Positions 38,254-46,574 of a stretch of DNA of 64,000 nt are shown here, piece by piece. The notes under the pieces were generated by a model. That model searched no databases. It was not told the DNA's origin and saw only the letters and a list, made by a program, of their open reading frames with translations. The position numbers and the translations under genes were made by a program. The stretch lies in the IMG/VR virus record IMGVR_UViG_3300021964_009400. One strand, given 5' to 3'. Each line of letters starts with the position of its first letter. The stretch's first letter is position 1. The stretch is from a virus. Its lineage: Duplodnaviria > Caudoviricetes.

Positions 38254-39697
38254 TAGAGTATTTGATGTTATAGGTCCTAGAGGACCAGTTCCCAATGGAT
38301 TAAATTGGAATTATACCGATACTTTTTGGGATTATAATTTTTACATTTATCATAAACTTATAGATGCGTTTAATAAAAAATATACACAACTATCAGTTTA
38401 CGATTGTAATTTAAATCTACCAGGTGATAGTACAAAAACCTATCATATTAGTGATTTACATTTTGATGAATCAAAAAAATTAATCACAAATAATAATGAA
38501 AAATATTTCTATACCATACATCCATTTGGAAATGTTCATTTATCTACTGGTTTAGATATATCATATCATCAAGGAAAGCATAGTTTTGATTTTATATCAA
38601 AGAAAGCAAAAATATATTCAGAAGCAACAAACTTTTGGTTTATATATGATTATAGTAGTGAGGGAGATATTAATGAGTATATATTTGAATCACTACATGA
38701 ATCATGTAAGCGTACTAATATAAATCCTTCAAAAATTATTGTTATTACTGGTGCAGAAAATACATCTGATATTTATAAAAGTTTTTTAGAAAAAAATCCA
38801 CAAGATAATTTATTTTATACTGCATTTTATCCTTGGTCTCTTCTTGGAAAAGCGAAAGATACACAATCTATTTTGTTCGAAAGAAAAAGAATAAATTTTA
38901 ATGGTTTTAATAATGAAAATTCATTGATGTTAGATGATGAGTTTGATAAATTAACTCAAAGAGAATCTTATGCACTTTGTTTAAATAGAAGATTGGCACC
39001 ACATAGAATAATTTTAATTAGTTGGTTATTTGAAAACAATTTATTTGATAAAACAAAAACTTCTTATGATATAGAACTTTTACATAGAGATGATGCAGGA
39101 TTGGATTTAGTATCTGGTAGTGGTCACGATGGAGAAAGTTACTTATTAAATCAAGATACCAAGAATCAGATAATGAGTGGTTACAGAAAAATGATACAAA
39201 AAGAAAAAAATATAATTGATTTCAAAGATATTAAAAATGTGTGGGGATTTGCATTTGAAAAATCAGAAAATTACAAATCTACATATTTTTCAATTGTAAC
39301 AGAAACTTTGTTTTATGAGTATGGAAATTATTTATCTGAAAAAACATGGAAACCAATTGCACATTTGCATCCATTTGTATTAATTAGTAGACCAGGTATG
39401 TTGAAGTTTTTACATAGTTTAGGATTTAAAACATTTTCTGAATTTTGGGATGAAAGTTATGATACTATTGAATCAAATCCTAAAAGAATGGAAAAAATAC
39501 TTAAAGTATTAACAGATTTATTATCTAAAAGTAAAGATGAATGGGATGAGTTAAATAAAAAATTAAAACCAATACTTATTTATAATAGAAACTTACTTTT
39601 ATCGTTTCAAGAAAAAAAAGTAGGTAATGCTTATAAAAATAAATTATTTAATTTAATTGAAAATGAACCCAATCAAGAAAATTATTACTTACTTTAA
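38243..39697 (+). CDS. Putative glycosyltransferase (GT10-like, paralogue 4)
   Basis: LCLNRR..HR; YFSIVTET..YLSEKTWKPIAHLHPF..LGFKTFSEFWDESYD; ATG 38243 preferred over TTG 38222. Confidence 0.5.
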   Translation: MKINRVFDVIGPRGPVPNGLNWNYTDTFWDYNFYIYHKLIDAFNKKYTQLSVYDCNLNLPGDSTKTYHISDLHFDESKKLITNNNEKYFYTIHPFGNVHLSTGLDISYHQGKHSFDFISKKAKIYSEATNFWFIYDYSSEGDINEYIFESLHESCKRTNINPSKIIVITGAENTSDIYKSFLEKNPQDNLFYTAFYPWSLLGKAKDTQSILFERKRINFNGFNNENSLMLDDEFDKLTQRESYALCLNRRLAPHRIILISWLFENNLFDKTKTSYDIELLHRDDAGLDLVSGSGHDGESYLLNQDTKNQIMSGYRKMIQKEKNIIDFKDIKNVWGFAFEKSENYKSTYFSIVTETLFYEYGNYLSEKTWKPIAHLHPFVLISRPGMLKFLHSLGFKTFSEFWDESYDTIESNPKRMEKILKVLTDLLSKSKDEWDELNKKLKPILIYNRNLLLSFQEKKVGNAYKNKLFNLIENEPNQENYYLL

Positions 39698-39779
39698 AAA
39701 TAAAAAAAGAGAAAAACTTTATAAAAAAAAGTTAGAAGAACTTCGTAAAAGAGACCCATTCATTTACAAAAACCACTAA
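39663..39779 (+). CDS. 38-aa basic peptide (not in ORF track)
   Basis: MNPIKKIITYFKNKKREKLYKKKLEELRKRDPFIYKNH*; fills an otherwise empty gap and overlaps the upstream gene by 35 nt. Confidence 0.45.
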   Translation: MNPIKKIITYFKNKKREKLYKKKLEELRKRDPFIYKNH

Positions 39780-39793
39780 TTCTTTTTTCTTCC

Positions 39794-39802
39794 ATATTTA
39801 TA
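39794..39802 (+). promoter_or_regulatory. Putative late promoter motif ATATTTATA
   Basis: 22 nt upstream of the polyprotein ATG 39825. Confidence 0.6.
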
Positions 39803-39824
39803 TACTGATAAGGTATATTGGAAT

Positions 39825-42800
39825 ATGAACAAACTTTCACAATTTCTCGTAGAGAGTATATTGGAGGACAAAAGTCCTATTAAGAAGGTGGTAGTAATTT
39901 ATGGTGGTAGATTTCAACCATTCCATAAAGGACACTACGGCACATACCAACACCTTGTCAAAAAATTCGGTAAAAATAATGTTTTTATCAGTACTTCCAA
40001 CAAAGTAGAAAAACCAAAATCACCTTTTAACTTTAAAGAGAAGGTGAAAATCATGACTACGATGTTCAATATACCTAAATCAAAAATAGTACAGGTAAAA
40101 AACAATTATGCTCCAACCGAAATCCTCAAAAAATACGATAAAAACACAACCGCCTTCATAGCCGTTGTTGGTGAAAAAGATTCCAATAGATTCCTTGGTG
40201 GAAAATATTTCAAACCATGGAAAGGGCATGCTGAAGTTGGTTATGAGGATGGTGGTTATGTTTATGCTGCTCCATCAAGTGGTGGTGGTATTAGTGGAAC
40301 TGAAACTCGAAATGGTTTATCAGTTGGTTCTGATGACCAGAAGAAGTCTTTCTTTAAATCTCGTGCATATGGAAAGTTCAATGCAACGATTTTTAATATG
40401 ATTACTGATAAACTTAATGAAGGGGTAATCGAGATTTCTAAAGAAAGGATAGAAGAATGGCTCATCAACGAGAGTTCGGTGATGAGTTCAGGTCAAGTGG
40501 ATGATGGGCCAAACTTCTTTATTCCAAACTACGATATATTTCAACGAGTATCTGCTAAAAGAGCAGCAAAGATTGGATATGAGGTTGTAAATATGATTAC
40601 TTCTAAAGAAATCGAAGATTACTATGACCATCCAAATTATCCTGATGGACCAGTAAAAGCAGTTACTTATTTCCCTGCTGGTGTTTTGGGTGCAAAAACC
40701 GCAACCAACCAAGTTGATATCTACTCATCTAAAGCATATTCGAATTGGTACAAACATATTACTCGTAAGGCATCAATGGTAGGTTATGAGTTGGTTAAAT
40801 CACTTGCAAGTAAAGAAGATTTAAAACAAGATAAGGAACAATCAGTAGATGATGCAAAAGGAGATAAGGTTTCTCAGAAAGAATACGAAGCATCTTTAAA
40901 TGAGGCAATCAATCTACCAGTAGAAGTTGGTGATACTATCTTAATGGGTAGATTTAAAAACAAAAAGGTTAAAGTAAAAACTATTGGTAAAGATGAACAT
41001 GGAATGCCAACTATCAATGGAAAAAAGGTTGTAACTTTCCGACTAATGAAAGAAGGTTTCGTAACCGAGCTCGCGGGAACTGAAGTAAAATGTGAAAAAT
41101 GTAATCATTCTTGGGATATAGAAGAAGATGATACAGAAAAGTACCTTTGCCACTCCTGTGGTTGGGATTCACAACAACAAGAATATGATTATGCGGCATT
41201 TGATTCTTGGCAAGAAAAAATGGGTATATCTGAAGATGTGGATATAGATGAAAGAAGTAAGGGTAGATTAAGACCAGCAGATTTATTGAGAAGAAAAGCA
41301 GCGATGGCTGGTAAACGAGCTCAAATTGCAAGAAGAAGAAAAAGAACAATGATGAGGAGAAAACCTCTTTCCAAGCTTAAAAAGATTGCATACAAAAAAG
41401 CATACCTACAAGTTTATGATGAGTTTATGCAGGATTTATTTCCTGGTATTGCTAAAAAAGATTTATCAATTCAACAAGCAAAGATAGTTCATAAGAATGT
41501 ATTAAGAAAAAAGAAAAGAGTTCTTAAAAGAGCAAGATTTAGATTCTTACCAGCATTAAGAGATAAAGAAGCAGAAAAGTTTGGTGGTAAAAATAATACA
41601 AACGAATTAATGATTGGATATGCAGGACCTGAAGATATGAAAAGGTTTGCAAAGAGAAATAAAGAATATAGAAAAGATGCTGAATCAAGTAAAGAGTATC
41701 AATACGAACCAATCAAAGAACAATCAGATAAAAAAACACAATGTATCAATAACTTTGTAGAATATGCTTGTAAAAGATTAAAACTTGATGGTAATCCGAA
41801 GATTTCATTAATGAGTGGTACAGAATATTCAGATACTCACAAAAGTTTAGGTGGTTTCAATCCACAAACAAAAGAAATCTATGTTGCAACTGAAAATAGA
41901 TTAACTGCTGATATTTGTAGAACTATTGCACATGAATTAGTTCATAGAAAACAAGATGAGATGGGATTATTAAAAGACCCAATCAAAGATGGAGCAGATG
42001 GTTCACCGATTGAAAACCAAGCTCATGCAGTAGCAGGTATTATTATGAGAGAATATGGTAGAATTGATGATACAATCTACCAAGAAGAAATTAACTCTTT
42101 TTATTACGATGATTTAGCAAAGTATGTTTACAAAAAAAGAGGAGTGATAAATAAATTGTTCAAAAACTTATCTGATGAGAAAAAGGCTGAGTATTTAGAA
42201 AAACTTTACATCAAATTATTCCAAGGACCAACTTCAAGAATGGTTCACAGAGATATCAAAGGTAAAGGTGGTGATTTATTGAAGATGTTAAGAAAAGATA
42301 GAAGATTAAAAGAAGGTAATGAACTTAAAAAATTAGAAATTACCGATTTTAAATCCCTCTTTAAGAAAATGCCAAGTGATTTACAAAAGAGAGTTTACAA
42401 TTTAAAGAACTTTGGACAGAGAGCAGATAAACATCCAGAGGGTAATGTACTTAAACACACAATCACAGTTGTAAATCGTTCAATCAAAGAAGATGATATT
42501 GATATTGCAATCGCAGCAATGTTCCACGATATAGGAAAAGATGAAACTGCTGGTATTCATCCAAAGAAAGGACACATTACACACTTTGGACATGAGAAAG
42601 TATCAGCATCTTTAGTAAAGAAGTATAAAAAGTTTATAGAATCAGTTGGTGGTAATCCAGCAAATGTATTTTACATTGTTAAAAACCATATGAGATATAA
42701 ACAACTATCTGTAATGACACCTAAAAAAGTAAATAAACTAAAATCATTCAGAGCATTCGATAAATTAGGTAAATTCTCTAAACACGATAGAGCAGGGTTA

Positions 42801-45182
42801 GATGAAAACAAAGCAACAAGAACAAAGTTCAATTTAACCATACCTTCTGATATTAAAAAACTTCAAAAGGCATTTAAAAAAGATAAAAAACAACTTTATG
42901 TAGTTGGTGGAGCAGTAAGAGATGCACTTGTTGGTAAGAAACCAAAAGATTTTGATTTAACAACAGATGCAACACCAGAAGAAATGATTAAGATTGCTAA
43001 AAAAGGTAATTTTAAACATTCTACAAATAATATAAACACAAATCTTGATTTAGGAAGTATAGCAATCAATGGACATGAAGTAACTACCTTCAGACAAGAT
43101 GTTGGTAAAGGTAGGAGACCAGATAAAGTAGTTTATTGTGATATTTCAACAGATTCGAAAAGAAGAGATTTAACTTGTAACTCTTTATACTACGATATTG
43201 AGAAAAAAGAGATTATTGATTTCCATGGTGGTGTAGAAGATATGAAAAAGGGAGTTATCAGAACAGTTGGTAAACCAGCGGAAAGATTTGATGAGGACCC
43301 ATTAAGAAAATTAAGAGCAGTAAGATTCGAAACTCGAATGAATGCTAAATTGGATAAAGAAACTTTAGATGCACTTAAAAAAGATAACAACATATCACAA
43401 CTTACAGGTGATAGAATAATGAGAGAGTTTAGAAGTGCAATTAAACAATCAAAAAATACTAAAGTTTATTTAGAAAGATGTGATGAAATTGGATTTACTA
43501 AACAAATCCTACCAGGTCTTAAAGTAAGTAAACCATATCCACACGATAATAACTATCTTACATTTATTGCATTTATCCTAAGAGATAATGACCCAAATAA
43601 TGTAGGAAAAGTATTAAATAAAATTGAGTATAGTAATGATGATAGAGATGATATCAAATTTTTAATATCACTAAAGAATTTTACACCTGATAAAATTATA
43701 CAATTTAAAAAACTACATAATAATGTAAAAAAACTCAAAGATAAAGATATAGTAGAGTTTGGTAAACGAATTGGTAAAAAACTTGATAAGTTTGTAAAAT
43801 TTAAACTATCAGTAAGTGGTAACGATGCACCAAAAGATTTAAAAGGACCTGAAATTGGATTGTGGTTAAAAAATCAAGAAAAGGAAAAGTTTATGAAAGA
43901 AATTGATGATTTAGTAAACGATATTGATAAAAAGATAGTTGAGATGTTTTTTCCAACTACTGAAATACCAAAACCAATAAACGAAGGTGGTGCGTATGGA
44001 CATATGTCTCACCCATTTGATACTGATATCAATTTAACCTTTGGACAACTTAAAGATATCGTAAATCGTGCACTCGAAGGTACACTTGAGTTCACAAGAG
44101 AGAAAACAGATGGTCAAGCACTAGCTATTTCATGGAGAGATGGTAGGTTAGTAGCAGCGAGGAACAAAGGACACCTAAAGAACAGAGGTGAGAACGCTTT
44201 AGATATCAAAGGTGTATCAGATAAGTTCCAAGGTAGGGGTGGGTTAAGTGATGCATATAATTATGCAATGAAAGACCTCTCAAATGCAATCAAATCACTT
44301 AACGATAAACAAAGAGATAAGATTTTTAAACAAGGTGCGTGTTTTATGAACCTTGAAGTGATATATCCAACATCAGTTAATGTGATTCCTTATGGACAGG
44401 CGCTACTTGTGTTTCATGGTACTATGGAATATGATATGGAAGGTAAAGCAATAGGTGAAAATGGAGAAGCAGCAAGAATATTGGCAGGTATGATTAAACA
44501 AGTCAATAAAGATGTACAAGATAATTACACAATTCAAGGACCTCCTGTTGTAAAATTACCAAAATCTCAAGACCTTTCTAAGAAAAGAAGTAAATACTCA
44601 TCAAAAATCTCAAAATTACAAAAAGAATTTGGATTAAAGGATACTGATGGTGTTGCAAACTATCACCAAGGGTGGTGGGAACAATGGGTTGATAAAAATT
44701 CACCATCAACACTTGATAACAAAACCAAAATGGGGTTAGTTAAGAGATGGGCATTCATGGATAAGAGTTTTAGATTAGATAATAAGAATATTTCTGATTC
44801 TAAAACACTTGAATGGGCTAAAAAGACAGATAAAGAGGACCAAAAGAAAATTTCCAAACAAAATTTAATGAAGTTTGAAGAGATTTTTCTTGGTCTTGGA
44901 GCAGAAGTATTGGAATTCACCTCATCAGCACTAACAGTTAATGCAGATTCTGCAGTTCGTGATATAAAGAAACGAATTGATAAAACAATTAAAGATGTTA
45001 AAAAATCAGGTGACCCAAAAAAGATAGAAAAACTTAAATTAGAACTTGAAAGATTAAATTCTATTGGTGGTTCTAAAAAAATTGTACCAAATGAAGGTAT
45101 AGTTTTCTTATATAAAGGAAATACTTTTAAACTTACAGGTACATTTGCATCAGTAAACCAAATACTTGGTATTTTCTTCTAA
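39825..45182 (+). CDS. 1785-aa multidomain polyprotein: NMNAT/HIGH nucleotidyltransferase, Zn ribbon, basic segment, zincin, HD, CCA-adding/poly(A) polymerase, ATP-dependent ligase-like
   Basis: GRFQPFHKGH and ISGTETR; CEKC..CHSC; AHELVH; HPEG..HT..FHDIGK..HFGHE..HM; GGAVRD..DFD..RRD..EDPLR; EKTDG..EGIV..K. Confidence 0.8.
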   Translation: MNKLSQFLVESILEDKSPIKKVVVIYGGRFQPFHKGHYGTYQHLVKKFGKNNVFISTSNKVEKPKSPFNFKEKVKIMTTMFNIPKSKIVQVKNNYAPTEILKKYDKNTTAFIAVVGEKDSNRFLGGKYFKPWKGHAEVGYEDGGYVYAAPSSGGGISGTETRNGLSVGSDDQKKSFFKSRAYGKFNATIFNMITDKLNEGVIEISKERIEEWLINESSVMSSGQVDDGPNFFIPNYDIFQRVSAKRAAKIGYEVVNMITSKEIEDYYDHPNYPDGPVKAVTYFPAGVLGAKTATNQVDIYSSKAYSNWYKHITRKASMVGYELVKSLASKEDLKQDKEQSVDDAKGDKVSQKEYEASLNEAINLPVEVGDTILMGRFKNKKVKVKTIGKDEHGMPTINGKKVVTFRLMKEGFVTELAGTEVKCEKCNHSWDIEEDDTEKYLCHSCGWDSQQQEYDYAAFDSWQEKMGISEDVDIDERSKGRLRPADLLRRKAAMAGKRAQIARRRKRTMMRRKPLSKLKKIAYKKAYLQVYDEFMQDLFPGIAKKDLSIQQAKIVHKNVLRKKKRVLKRARFRFLPALRDKEAEKFGGKNNTNELMIGYAGPEDMKRFAKRNKEYRKDAESSKEYQYEPIKEQSDKKTQCINNFVEYACKRLKLDGNPKISLMSGTEYSDTHKSLGGFNPQTKEIYVATENRLTADICRTIAHELVHRKQDEMGLLKDPIKDGADGSPIENQAHAVAGIIMREYGRIDDTIYQEEINSFYYDDLAKYVYKKRGVINKLFKNLSDEKKAEYLEKLYIKLFQGPTSRMVHRDIKGKGGDLLKMLRKDRRLKEGNELKKLEITDFKSLFKKMPSDLQKRVYNLKNFGQRADKHPEGNVLKHTITVVNRSIKEDDIDIAIAAMFHDIGKDETAGIHPKKGHITHFGHEKVSASLVKKYKKFIESVGGNPANVFYIVKNHMRYKQLSVMTPKKVNKLKSFRAFDKLGKFSKHDRAGLDENKATRTKFNLTIPSDIKKLQKAFKKDKKQLYVVGGAVRDALVGKKPKDFDLTTDATPEEMIKIAKKGNFKHSTNNINTNLDLGSIAINGHEVTTFRQDVGKGRRPDKVVYCDISTDSKRRDLTCNSLYYDIEKKEIIDFHGGVEDMKKGVIRTVGKPAERFDEDPLRKLRAVRFETRMNAKLDKETLDALKKDNNISQLTGDRIMREFRSAIKQSKNTKVYLERCDEIGFTKQILPGLKVSKPYPHDNNYLTFIAFILRDNDPNNVGKVLNKIEYSNDDRDDIKFLISLKNFTPDKIIQFKKLHNNVKKLKDKDIVEFGKRIGKKLDKFVKFKLSVSGNDAPKDLKGPEIGLWLKNQEKEKFMKEIDDLVNDIDKKIVEMFFPTTEIPKPINEGGAYGHMSHPFDTDINLTFGQLKDIVNRALEGTLEFTREKTDGQALAISWRDGRLVAARNKGHLKNRGENALDIKGVSDKFQGRGGLSDAYNYAMKDLSNAIKSLNDKQRDKIFKQGACFMNLEVIYPTSVNVIPYGQALLVFHGTMEYDMEGKAIGENGEAARILAGMIKQVNKDVQDNYTIQGPPVVKLPKSQDLSKKRSKYSSKISKLQKEFGLKDTDGVANYHQGWWEQWVDKNSPSTLDNKTKMGLVKRWAFMDKSFRLDNKNISDSKTLEWAKKTDKEDQKKISKQNLMKFEEIFLGLGAEVLEFTSSALTVNADSAVRDIKKRIDKTIKDVKKSGDPKKIEKLKLELERLNSIGGSKKIVPNEGIVFLYKGNTFKLTGTFASVNQILGIFF

Positions 45183-45206
45183 AAAATTCGTTTTCTTTAA
45201 TTTGAT

Positions 45207-45215
45207 ATATTTATA
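45207..45215 (+). promoter_or_regulatory. Putative late promoter motif ATATTTATA
   Basis: 26 nt upstream of ATG 45242. Confidence 0.55.
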
Positions 45216-45241
45216 TATAAATCATAACCTAATATGTAACA

Positions 45242-45901
45242 ATGGGTAAAGAATTTAAAAAGAAATATATGCACCCAACTCGTAGAAAGTTGGTTGATAT
45301 GATTAAAACTGGTGAGTATCAATCAAATACTACTATTGGTTATGAATCTACAAAAGAAAATCGTAAAATAGGTGATATTTGGGAAGATGAGCATCACAAA
45401 TATGAAAAAAAGGAAGGATTTATTTTAAAAACTTCTAAAAACCACGAACAGTACCAAGAAATTAGAAAATATTTAGAAAAAAAAGCACAATGCAAAAATT
45501 CTGAATGTAAAACCATCAAAATAACTAAAAAAGATAAATCTTTTATAGAAAGAGGAGGGTTTTGTATGGATTGTACTATCGATAGAGAACATCAGTTGAG
45601 AGTAGCAGGTGTTTTTGAAGATTATTCTAATTACAAGTTGTGGACAAAGATGATTTTCTTTGGTAAAAATAAAATTGAACAATATAAACAATCAATTGAT
45701 GATTTACGAGAAGAATATCAGATGCATAATGACCAAGGTGAAGTTACTGAAACTTGGAAGTTACCAAAACCAATTGATGAGATAAAAGCTGAAATAAATG
45801 AACTCATTGAATATGGTGAAATTGAACTCAAAGAGTTAGAAGAGAAAAGGCAAGTTGCTTTTGATAAAATAAAGGAAAAAAATTATGAACATTTTATTTA
45901 A
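45242..45901 (+). CDS. Hypothetical protein with Cys cluster
   Basis: CKNSEC..FCMDC; helical C-terminus; upstream of terminase. Confidence 0.6.
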   Translation: MGKEFKKKYMHPTRRKLVDMIKTGEYQSNTTIGYESTKENRKIGDIWEDEHHKYEKKEGFILKTSKNHEQYQEIRKYLEKKAQCKNSECKTIKITKKDKSFIERGGFCMDCTIDREHQLRVAGVFEDYSNYKLWTKMIFFGKNKIEQYKQSIDDLREEYQMHNDQGEVTETWKLPKPIDEIKAEINELIEYGEIELKELEEKRQVAFDKIKEKNYEHFI

Positions 45902-46574
45902 TTTAGTTTTTAAAAGATGGAAAGAGATTCTTATCCTTCTTTTAATTGGTGTTATATTCTTAATGAGAGGATGTGGGCCTGATTTAAGCGATAAAGAAAT
46001 CATCAATGTAGATGGTGAGGATTTTGAATTACTTAAAAAAGAAATAGATACAGTTTTTGTAGAAAAAGAAGTTAAAGTAACGAAGTATGTACCAAAGTAC
46101 ATTACAAAAGAAGTAATTAAGGAAGTTGAAATACCAGTAGATGTAGATTCACTTGCAATCATTAAAGATTACTTCTCAAAAGTAACAGTTAAAGATACAT
46201 TAAATCTTGCATACGATTTTCCAGAGGTAGTTACTGATTCATTAGGTAACAAACCAAGTGGAGATTTAGGATTTGGTATTCTTACTGATGTTATTTCACA
46301 AAACAGAATCGAATCAAGAGAAATTGATTGGTTCTTTAAAATACCAACTGTTTACAATACTACAATTGTAAAAGAGTTACCTAAAAATGAATTCTACTAT
46401 GGATTAGGACTTGGTGTTGACCAAGTAAATGGTTTTGGTAGTTTTAGTGTTAATGGATTGTTAAAAACCAAGAAAATGAATATCTATGGATTAAATGTAG
46501 GTATGTCAAATCAACTCGGTGAATACAAACCATTCGTTGGAACATCATTATATTGGAAAATAGGTAAAAAATAA
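45885..46574 (+). CDS. Membrane-anchored protein (possible lysis accessory/spanin-like)
   Basis: Hydrophobic ILILLLIGVIFLM then RGC (possible lipobox); C-terminal amphipathic beta-strand pattern ending LYWKIGKK. Confidence 0.4.
   Translation: MNILFNLVFKRWKEILILLLIGVIFLMRGCGPDLSDKEIINVDGEDFELLKKEIDTVFVEKEVKVTKYVPKYITKEVIKEVEIPVDVDSLAIIKDYFSKVTVKDTLNLAYDFPEVVTDSLGNKPSGDLGFGILTDVISQNRIESREIDWFFKIPTVYNTTIVKELPKNEFYYGLGLGVDQVNGFGSFSVNGLLKTKKMNIYGLNVGMSNQLGEYKPFVGTSLYWKIGKK

Noticed and set aside
21367-39697. Bacterial LPS/capsule locus or eukaryotic giant-virus origin, suggested by GTs, GT7, collagen and sulfotransferase
   Set aside because: Contiguous with T4-like terminase, portal, protease and capsid genes under the same promoter motif; no Wzx/Wzy/ABC exporter and no NCLDV core genes.
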